Source: Epiperipatus broadwayi
Lineage: Eukaryota > Animalia > Onychophora
Direction of reading: 5' to 3'
Length of the DNA stretch: 64,000 bases
Assembly (NCBI GenBank): GCA_028023455.1
Contig: JAQFVV010000003.1
Location: 29,884,001-29,948,000 of the forward strand
The position numbers and the translations under genes were made by a program. This document shows positions 53,324 through 64,000 of this stretch, one piece after another. Within the stretch, counting starts at the first letter, position 1, and the number at the start of each line of letters is the position of its first letter. The notes beneath the pieces were generated by a model, which had not been told where the DNA came from, did no database searches, and saw only the letters and a program-made list of their open reading frames with translations.

Positions 53324-55603
53324 GATTATTTATCTTTTTCACATGTGTATGGTCATGTCTATTGGTTGTAGGAAATAGAGTGGATAGCTGAAGGGAGTTT
53401 AAAAGTCTGTGTTCAAAGTCACTATAATCATTGCAAGTAATAAAACATTTAATTTAAAACCTCAGTACTATTCTTAAATGAGATATTTATTGAAAAATTC
53501 ACAAAACACACATACACATTTAAATAAATAACTTAACCACTAAAATAAACAAATATAATTATTTTAAATTATAATAACATACAAATAATAACAAATAATA
53601 ATATATTCTTTATACAGAAGTATAAATCATTCAGTTATTATTACTATTTATAATCATTATTATTATTATTAATTCACATCATGACCTAAATAATCAAAAG
53701 CATATCTTTACAAATAATATGACGTTATTCATTTGTGCCATTAGTATAATTTAAATTATATATATATATTGTAAAAGAAATATTCTAATAATAATGAATA
53801 AAGTAAATGAAAAGTAAAAAAGTGAAAATAACTGTTCAGAATATATCTTATAAATTTGAGTACTATCTCATAAATAAAATATATCCTTCTGGATAAGCCA
53901 AAATAAAATAATAGACTGGTCATTATACTAGGCAAGCAATATCATAAATGGGACTGACTATCAGGAAATATCTTCAGATTAGGTAACACAAATGTAACGA
54001 AAATATTATAATTGGCCTGCAAATGCGTCACATATTTGAGCAACTACATGCAATAAATATAATTTTAAACCAAGTGGTTTTCTCCATTTGTGTATTACAT
54101 ATTTGGACAATTTAAATATACTAAGTAGACACTGTATTCAGGCAAATTAAAGTATAATTAATAAATAGATGAGTTGATCACAAATGACTTTATAATAGTT
54201 TATATCTATATATACAATGGACTCATAAATTTGTGAAAAGCACCAATGAATCCATAGCGAATACTCTTGCTTGGAAAAGAAGATAAAATTTATTAAATGT
54301 TTTACTTAATAGTGAGATATAGCATGGGATGTACTATAGGATAAGATAGAATAGTTTTATAATGATTCATGCAGTAATAAATCAAAACACCCTAGGTTAA
54401 TAATAACAATATAAATTTATTAAGATAAACATTAATTTATTGTGGTGATTAAAATAAAGAATAATTTATAACAGCAATTAATATCATATAATATATATTT
54501 ATAATTCACTCTCACTAGACTATGATTAGATATGATATATAGTTTACATTAAAATTATAAATGCATATTCAAGAATGGGTTAATTATAATTTTTTTTTCA
54601 CACAAATAAGAAAATAAAATATACGGAAGAGAATAAAAATCAAGTAATATTTTTTTATAAAGTTATTTATAATTCAAACTGAGTTATACAAATACTATTT
54701 ATGTTTTGATTGATCTTTTACTTTACTTGATTGTTATTATTTTAGTTATTGAATGACAAATCTAGACTGCATTGTAATCCATACTATTAATTTAGAAGAA
54801 AGATTTATAAATATTACCATTTTACTTTTAACTGTGTTTGACAAGTGATTTTTATCTGAGTATCTGTTACTATTAGCATATATAAAATTTTGATTTGATT
54901 TTTTTATCTTGCAGCAGTTTCTTCCTTTGTGTTAGCACATACATACATAAGGCTCCATTGATGTTTTAATCCCTGAATGTTATCCAATTATTTTTCCTTT
55001 GTTAATATTACAATTCAAGTAAATTTAGTAGCTTTAGATTCATGGCTGTGAGCATAGCACTTTTGTTGTTAATTATTCTGTTTAAATCATAAACATTAAG
55101 TGGGAGGATCTTTTGCCCCCCCCTCCAAGGTTTCCTATTCATAATGCATTTTCTTTACTGCAAGTCCAGAATCTATTTATAAAGTAAGATTAAAATACAA
55201 AACTTTTTAAAAGAAATGAAGTAAGAGTTCTTCTTTCTGAAATCGTTCTGTCTCTATAGTAACACAAACAATGCAGTCTATAATTTTAAACACTAGTTTT
55301 GAACATGTGATTTCTTTCTTCTGATTTTGATAAAGCATTGTTGTCATCCTATATAATTTAACAAAATATTTTTTAATTTTAATAAATAAATGATTCATTT
55401 ATTCTACATTTATTAAAAAACAAATAAACATATTTTTATTAAACATATGCCCTTGAATTATTTTCTTTATTTAATTACTTAGAATCCATAGAAAAATAAT
55501 AAATAAATATATGTTCGCACCATAATGTATTACATATATAAAATGAAAATGTTTACGATTAAAGGATAATTTATCCAAAAAGGATTCATATACACTGCTT
55601 TAT

Positions 55604-55890
55604 ATAATCAAAATTAACCCAAATTCATAACTCAACAAGGGCTAACCAGAAAATAAACTCTAAAACATTACCAATGGTTTCACTGGTACAAGTAGACTTC
55701 TCAGTGTAAAGAACTACAAAATAACATAAACCAAACACTACCCACAATTCCACTTACTATGTTTAGTTTAAATGTTATTTTGTAGTTACACTTGAAAAGT
55801 TTGCTTGTAGCAGTGAAACCATTGGTAATGTTTTAGTTTATTTTCTTGTCTAGTCTGATTGAGTTGTGAATTTGGGGTAATTTTGATTAT
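55604..55890. repeat. ~290-nt fold-back palindrome (MITE-like)
   Basis: ctaaaacattaccaatggtttcactg pairs with cagtgaaaccattggtaatgttttag. Arms ~125 nt. Confidence 0.85.
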
Positions 55891-57999
55891 TTATTGATTA
55901 GTTTAACTTTATGCTTTTAATGTTTACTGTTTTTATATATATAGAACCAAAAGCTTCAAAGCACATCAATAATGACTATGATCTAAGTTTGAATTAGAGT
56001 CAGAGTAAACTGATCAGGCTTAGGATTTTTCATTTAGGTAGCCAGCACATACTGGGTGTTAAATGGACATTTATTTTTAACAGAGAGTAAGCAAGCATAG
56101 GAAAATACTCAAACTTTCATCACTTGGAAAACTTTGTAAGCATTTTATTCTCTACTAACTGTTCCTTTTTAGAGGTCTATTGGAGAATATTTTTATTTAA
56201 AAACAGTTTAATTCTTATCAATATATTGTAACCTTATGGTTGGGTTCAATGTATTTGTCAAGCCTTATTTATGTGGTCAAATGTGTAAAATTTTAAATTT
56301 TAATTGATAATAGTTGAAATATATTATATCAGTAGTATATTATCATGATTGCCAAATTTTATTATAAATTTTGATAAATATTATCAGTAAATCTCCTGAA
56401 AGTGATAAAGACTCCGACTGTTCAAGATACCCCTAAGCCCTCTGGCAGGATGTGTATGAGTTTCTAAAAAGCCAGATGAACTAATTTTTAATAATATTAA
56501 AATAAAAATTTATTAGTGTTCTTATTAATTTATAAGAATAGAAACATTTGATATTTTGTTATTATTAAATAATAATCAAAAAGATTTAAAATCATAACTA
56601 TTCTAAATTAATCTTTGTAATTAATCCTTAAGCATACTTTTATTGCGATTTAAAATAATTTTGAATAGCTTGTTTAGTTATCACTAATAAATACAGATGG
56701 AGACTTATTAATTGTATGCACATACCAAGTTTTAATGGTCTATTTTTTTTTAACGACAATTCCATTTGATAAAGATATAAATAACCTAGCAGTTTATAGT
56801 GTGTGTGTGTGTGGGGGGGGTCATTTTTAAAAGAATAAGAGTAGAAATAACAACATTTGAGCTATGACAAAAGTTAAGACCAAGAAGCTTATAATAAATA
56901 ATACAGGAATTGAATTTGAACTGAATTTAAAGGATAAGTAATTGTATTTTGACCCATGAATATGGAGTAGAGAATTTCACTCCCTTGCATACATCTGACC
57001 TGCTGATCTATCAATTGACAATTGCCAGAATTTCACATTGAAAAAGAGTAGGAACCATTTTCAAAAACAAATATTTCATTCAAAGAGACTTCAGATTAAG
57101 AACCGGACAAGAGATCGTAAGCATAAAATTTTATTCTATAAATTACTACAATCTTAGTTATTACTTATTATGAAACTTTAAAGATTAACAATGATTTGTT
57201 TGGAAGGGCAAGAAGAAAGAAAAATATTCCATGTGTTAGTTTATAAAAGAGATATAAAATATATTTTTTTTGACTTTATACCAAACAGTAGGAAACAAAT
57301 TAAAAATAATTAAAACAAAACTTTCTGAATTTAAGTTTAAAAAAATGAAATCTATTTTAAAAAATATTAATATTTATAATTTAATTTTAAAAAGTAGATA
57401 GCAACTTCTTAATTACTATTGTGGAACGCTGAAGTTAACACTAGTTTAAAAAAATTGATAACAAAATTTTAAAATACTTTAAAATGCAGGAATCATTCTT
57501 AATTATTCCAATATATTATTGTGGATGGAAAAATTAATAACAATTCTTTTGAGAAAAATTTTCTTTTGCTGTTTAAGTTGGAGATATTATTTAAGTTATT
57601 GCTTGGTTTTTAAAAAAAAATGGATCCAAAACTCTGAAGAAAAATATTTATGAGCGTTATTGTATCATTGTTTTATTTGCCACAAACTTTTAAATGTTTT
57701 ATTTACTTTACCATGATAAAATATGAAGAATATGGATGTGTTGCCTCATAAAATAGTTTGCCAGCCGACAATGATATTGTTTTTCCCTCGTCAGTCTGTT
57801 TATAGTGAAGGAATTTGAATAACAGACTATGGGAATAAAATGAAGTATAATAATAATGATTTTTTTTATACTGTTCATGTTTATTAATATTTTATATTAG
57901 TTTTGGATATGCTATTAAGATATATATATATTTTTTTTCTATTTATGGTATAAATATGCAATGAGTCTGAAAACAGACTAAGATAAAATTATATATATA

Positions 58000-60600
58000 T
58001 ATTGTACTGGTTAGCTTAAAGTTAATATTAAATTAGGCTTTTCTAGATAGAGATACACATCTCTTACATTTACGAGAATAGTTTATTAATATTCTATTTA
58101 TGGGTAAACAGACTGAATAATTTGTCAGAAGCATAATAGTATTTACTTATGATGACACAATTATTTTATTTTATGGAGTTTTCATATAAGCAGGTATACA
58201 TTCATTTTATATCTTTACTATATTTTGCCTAGAATTTAGTATGTCCACTTTAGTTTATAGAATTTATGCTATTTTCCATTGGCTGTGTGTATTTCTTATT
58301 ATTGCAAATTTTATTATGCTTTTAAAAATATTTTATAGTCATTTGACTTACAGTATCTTTGTTGGTTTCACACACTATTTAGTATATGCATTGTATGAAG
58401 AGGGATATTTATCTTTTAGCTTTTAATGTGAGAATTATTTTATCTTGCCATTGTTTTGATGAGGATTTGTGCTAGTTTCCATTTGATAAGTGTGAGAAAC
58501 ATATAATTTTATTAAATATTGTATCATTGATATTATGCATTGGTAGATGGAGTATACTCTCCCATTGCTTATTCCATGAGAGGATTAGGATTGTTGAGGC
58601 TTATAATTATTTTATGCTTAGCTGGTAAAGTTTAATCCCTAGGGAGAATTATTTTCATGGTATGCATTCTGTTTCCTCTGTTGAGATAATGTCCACACAT
58701 TTTGTACCTAGAAAAAAGGTATTGGAATCTGCCATATTGTTATACAACTATATAATGTTGTTTTGAAGAGCCTCTCTTTATTGTCTGATCCCTCATGATG
58801 ATGTCTAGTTATTTTCCACCGTGTATGGTGAAGTTCTTGGTGTTTTAAAATTATATGGCAATGATAAGGTAGAGTTAGCTTCAGGGACACTTGTTTATCT
58901 ATAGTGTTTAGCTAAATAAAATAGTGTATGTATTGTGCTGTAGTACCTTGTCAACAGTTTACAAGCAAACCAACAAAATTTATTAGTAATTTTAAAACTT
59001 ATCTTGTGTATGGCATAATAAGAGATACACATATGCAATGTCATTTTATTTCCATCAAGCAGAAGTTCACTGATGGATTGGTAAGACATTTCAATAATTA
59101 AGATGATTATTCTATGGACACAGACAAAGTTTAGTATCCTGTATATATTGACTTCTGGTGTCTGTTCCCATATTCATATAATTAATTGCTGAATGCTAAA
59201 TAATAATTGTCATTTGTGCTTCATATGATAATTGTCATTATCATATTACTTATTAGTAAAGTTTAGTTATACTTTAATGCTCTCAATAGCATACTATAGA
59301 CAGCTATTAGGAATAACAATTACTAGACATATCAATGCATCAAAACTGTTAATAAATTTAAAGGGAATATACCTGTAACCAAATGAATATACCTTGTTTT
59401 ATATTATTTCTGAAATATATATGTTTTTCAATTATTTATTATAATTTTAGAAAGTTGTAAATAGTGTACATAAATCTTGTTGTTTTGAAATATATTTGGT
59501 TGTATGTGGCCTTATTGCTAATCATCATCCATATTATTATTGTTATTGCTATCAACACATTATCTTATTGTCTTAAAGTCATCATCAATCAATACAGTAT
59601 ATTTTATTATGCATTAATATATCATAATGATTTTGGTAAGCTCTTACATTTAAAGTACATTTAGAATTTATGGCTTATTGATCAGAACACTGTTGATCTT
59701 AAGCCCATGTCTTATTTTAAATAATATTTTAATGACCTATTGGTTTTGGAATAACCTGTTTATTTGAATCATTAGATACATCATTCACTGATCTTGATCA
59801 TATTGCCCATAGTTATTTAATAAAAGAGAGTTTATAAATTATTGTGCTTGCTTTATTAAGAATTTATTCATACTTCATAAAACTTAAAGTTCATATTATT
59901 GTTGGTATTGGGATTGCCAAACATTCTTTGTTAATTCTATTTTGCTTTATGAGCTGTCTTTGTTTGTTGTATTTGGGTAGTGGCAAAATCCCTCTCACTG
60001 ACCCAAGTATATCTTGTAAAATAGTAATATTTAAGTTATTGGATCCTGAGAAAAGTAAATTAATAACTCACAGTCATAATTTTGAATTTATGGTAATTTT
60101 TATGTCTAAAGTTATTTATTGTGCATTGATTTGAGTTATGTTTATCTTCACAGTTTAATTGCATTTGTATAATTTTAAGATGTAAATTTCTTTTCTAGTT
60201 TTTAAAACTTATAGTTTATTTTAACTTCATGGTTAAATATTCTGGTTTAGTCAAGCTTGGAATCCATATTTTTTTTTATCTTACTATCATTTAGCACAAT
60301 ATTTATTTTATAATTCAGAATCTCATTCTCCATCATCAACATTGTTCTCATATTTCATCTGGATCTTTCTTTCTTTTATTTCTTAGTCATTCATCACCCT
60401 AACACATTTTCTTTCTCTTCTCCTCATTCTTAAGCTCGTTCATTTTCATTATTTAATTATTATTGTTTTCATCACCCATTTAGTCATCTACATTCTAATT
60501 TGTCACCTAATTCATAATTCAAATTCCATATTCACTTCAGAGACCTGATTATTAACTATTTATTGGTTTTATAAATATTAAATTCATCTAAAAATATTTT
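58000..60600 (-). mobile_element. Possible highly decayed LINE (endonuclease-RT)
   Basis: A-rich minus strand with weak echoes (KINITQIN, KWKLAQILIK, NNSP*GL). The hydrophobic + strand ORFs are probably its antisense shadow. Confidence 0.3.
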
Positions 60601-62743
60601 GTTTATGGATTTTAAAGCTAGTTTAACCGATGTCGATATTAGAAGTTATTATCTTCATGGACACTTTGTGACCTTCCTTAGATTTATCGATTCACACTAG
60701 CCTAGTTGGTTTTAAAAAAATAATATTTTTATTTTACCATTATTTTTTATGTATATATTCTTATTATCTATATAGAATTGATTACAAAGGGGTTTCCATT
60801 TGGGATTTTCAAGCAGCCCAATTAATTAATTGATGATTACAATATTTTCATTATTATATTTTTACAGAATACATAAAAAAAAATACAATTTTATGTTAAA
60901 ATTTACTATGTATATATACGTATAAATATTGAACAAGAGAATGGGTAAACCAGTGATATAATTTCAGAGTTATAATTTATCAATATTTTTTTATATAACA
61001 CGAATGGATTTGTGTTCAGGAAATAATAATCCACTCATCAAAAAGAGATCTCAGTGGAATGTTGATAAAAATTATTGATCTTTCATTTATTACATGAGAC
61101 TCAAAATTTAAATAAGATAATTGAGTTCCAAGACAGATGTTTAATATCATTCTCATCTTCTTGTGTTAATTGAAAATGATAAGAAAGTTTGCATCATGAG
61201 TTAAGCCTCATATTGAATTGGTATACAGCAATGACTAAACCAAGATATGATATGATCATCTAAGCCATAGTTCCAATATTTCCATAGTTGAGTGCTTGTG
61301 AAGTGCAAATTTTGATTTATCTGACACATTTCTAGTTAACTACATTCATGCAAAAAAAAAAAAAACACAGTGAATCTGAATTGGTTAGCAAATATTCTGC
61401 TTGTAAAAGTCACTTTGAAATGTTTTGGCAATATTTATGTTGGTGACATCTGTAATAACTTGGATTCACTGCAATTTTATGATTTTGGTTACATTCCATC
61501 ATAATATCTATCAGTTCTTCTCAGTAAGAATTAATTTCTGACTACATTGGGTTCCAACAACAACTTAAGGCAGATCGATTTCTTTTCATAAACTCATGAA
61601 AAATATCAATTTTCTGTTAGATATTCTTTATCACCTCTTTAGAATTATATTTCAAAAACATATCAAAAATGTGATTTTAGTATGTATTTCCATTTCTGTA
61701 TTATCTGGTTTCAAACATATATTGCCAATATGATATATATATATTCTATTATTTTATTTTCTAATACCTAGATACACATATTTTAACAATGCTTAACAAT
61801 CAATATGTGATCCACCATTTATATAAATAATATATATATAAATAAATAAATATAATAGATTATTTTAATTTATGTATTTTAAAACAAGTTTATTATGGTC
61901 CACCGACCTGGTCTATTGAGCCTTGAATTTCATTTAGGACTCTGAGCCAACTCTCCCCACCCAACTTCCTAATTGATTCCATTTGTTGCCGAAATTCATT
62001 AGGATCATCACTGAAGCGTTTAGATTCAAGAAGCTTCTGAGTTACGGCTATCGGAAATGAAAAAGACTAAGCAACTAAGTGAAAAAAGTGAAAATGAAAA
62101 TAAAAACATAAAGAAAATTCTAAAAGACAAACACATTAGCATGCCACAATAAAACTAGACACACAACAAGACTTTAAATAAGGTCTGCTCAAAAAAAAAA
62201 AAAAGAAAAAAAGAAGAGAAAGATTTACTACATGCAGAAGGAAGAAACAGAAACTAAAACATTTACTTTTAAATAAATTGTGAAAAAAAAAAAATTGTTT
62301 ATTAATTTTTTTAAAGTAGCTTACACACTTTATTATTTTATTTCACATTTACCTGAATGATGATAACAATTCATTAAAGTTCTTAGTGCAGGTCTAAATG
62401 GTGAGACAATATTTTTTATTAAAAAAGTGGCAGGCAATGCCAACTACTACTAACAGTAATCAACTTATTCAATTTGCCAATGAGCAGAGATTTTATGTGC
62501 TTAAGTAATTTTCTTGTAATTTAATAACAAACAATGCTAATATAAGATTTCAGTTAATACACTAATCATAAATTACTTGAAGAAATTGTATGAATTATTT
62601 CATTCCATTATTTGCACTTTGACTATATCATTAAAAACAGTAAATAAAGTAAATTCACTAAATAGTCTCAAAATGCCCAAAATATTTGCAAAAAAAAAAA
62701 AAAAATTTCATGGATTTTTATTGACCTATCATATTTTATATTA

Positions 62744-63340
62744 TACAAGGGGGCATCCAAAAACAACTGGAATTGTTTTCTGGTTTGTGCACCTGTTGTA
62801 GTATATGCTTTTGCTGTTACATACTTCTTGCAGGAACCCTTCTGCATCAATCTGCCAAATGACATCACTGTGTGAAATTGTGGTGCCATATAGTAAATTT
62901 CATTGTGAAGTGCATCTCACATATTTGACGATTTTTATAATGACTGGAAAAAAAATCTGTTTTGTTTACAGAAAATAGTAGGGAAAACAGTTGTAATGCT
63001 TGAAACAGATTATAAGCAAGCGATCTCATAAAAATACAAGTTTATAAGTGTTTAATTGAAATGTTAAATTCATGATGTCCCTAAACAGCGCAGCAAGTGA
63101 AGTCTAAAGTCAAACCGCTGATTTTTTTTGACACAATCATTTTCCTCTCAGATTTAGTTCATAATGGTCAGGAATTTTATCTGCAGCAAGTTCTGGAACA
63201 TTTACATTATATGATAAAATCTAAACAACTCATTTTATGGCAAAGAGAAGAATGCAAACTTCACCATGATAAAAAATCATTTGTCAAAGCCTTGAATGTG
63301 AAATACTTTTTAATTAAACTCAGCATGACATAGCTCTCCA
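62744..63340 (+). mobile_element. Mariner (DD34D) transposon remnant
   Basis: TA-CAAGGGGGCATCCAAAAACAACTGGAATT end. The ORF KSKVKPLIFFD...GQEFYLQQVLEHL...LW...KLHHDK...ALNVKYFL follows the mariner KSK.K.M..FFD...QEFY..VL..L...LHHDN pattern. Confidence 0.8.
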
Positions 63341-64000
63341 TCAGCCATATTTGCTAGATTTCACTTCATGCCATTTTTTTAAAAATCTCTTAGAAGTGGT
63401 GAAAAAAATGCTGCTGGTGTTAAAAGGAAGTGTTTCTTGGACTACTTTGAAAAATGAAAAACACATTTAGACCGGTTTATTGCATCAAATGAATAGTTAT
63501 TTGAAAGAGATTAAATTTATAACACTTAAAATTAAATTAACAATTTTTTTATTATAAAATTCCTGTTACTTTTAGGTATCCTCTCATATGTGATAAAATA
63601 TAGTCAGTAATTTTTTAAAAATTATTTATAAAAAGCACTTTTTGAAAAAGTGAAATACTCTCTATGCACCTTTACTAAAACTTTGATGGCCATTTATTTG
63701 GAGAAATTGTTGTAATCCACCCATATGATGAAATAACTTTATTCAGAGCATGATATTTAATCTAATGATATCAAAGTTTCAAAACTGCAGGCATACACCT
63801 AAACATCACACAGATGAATTAATTATACCTGAATGTATATATATATTGTCTATGGTCTATCACATATTAAAAGTAAAAAAAAATAGTGAATTTTATAGCT
63901 ATCATATAATAATGAGCATCTCCTTATGTGCTGACCATGCGCTTAATAAATTAATATTTACAACTTTACATTGTTTCAAAATATTCTTAATTAAAAGATC

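Larger units (their letters stand above)
52503..53430. mobile_element. Family B hammerhead-bearing element: unit 52503-52963, partial unit 52964-53185, inverted copy ~53196-53430
   Basis: taatattttgaatacaagtatt recurs at 52503 and 52964. The inverted part matches the unit and 7600-7860. Confidence 0.8.

Noticed and set aside
58241-60134. Hydrophobic plus-strand ORFs as chemoreceptor fragments
   Set aside because: Hydrophobicity follows from T-richness. No receptor motif or consistent exon chain; more likely the antisense of a decayed LINE.

Overview
Very AT-rich, intron-containing animal nuclear DNA, probably from an invertebrate (inference; no prokaryotic features). Two convergent host genes are visible: the last exon of the glycine-cleavage aminomethyltransferase AMT/GCST (+, 2617-2834) and the last two exons of a nischarin-like gene (-, 15366-15248 and a 2.49-kb terminal exon 15160-12673). 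The rest is mostly transposon-derived: two Penelope-like elements (PLEs) with inverted architecture, a solo LTR and a related two-LTR non-coding element with TSD, PBS and PPT, a Ty3/Gypsy remnant nested in a hAT transposon, plus RTE, Merlin and mariner remnants and several fold-back hairpins. The most interesting signal is a set of about 10 type I hammerhead-ribozyme (HHR) motifs, most carrying one or more core mutations. They sit in ~0.9-1.1 kb non-coding elements made of ~460-nt tandem units followed by an inverted copy, in the PLE 3' tails, and inside a hairpin. This looks like a PLE-mobilised, retrozyme-like system. All alignments and folds were done by eye and TE boundaries are approximate.
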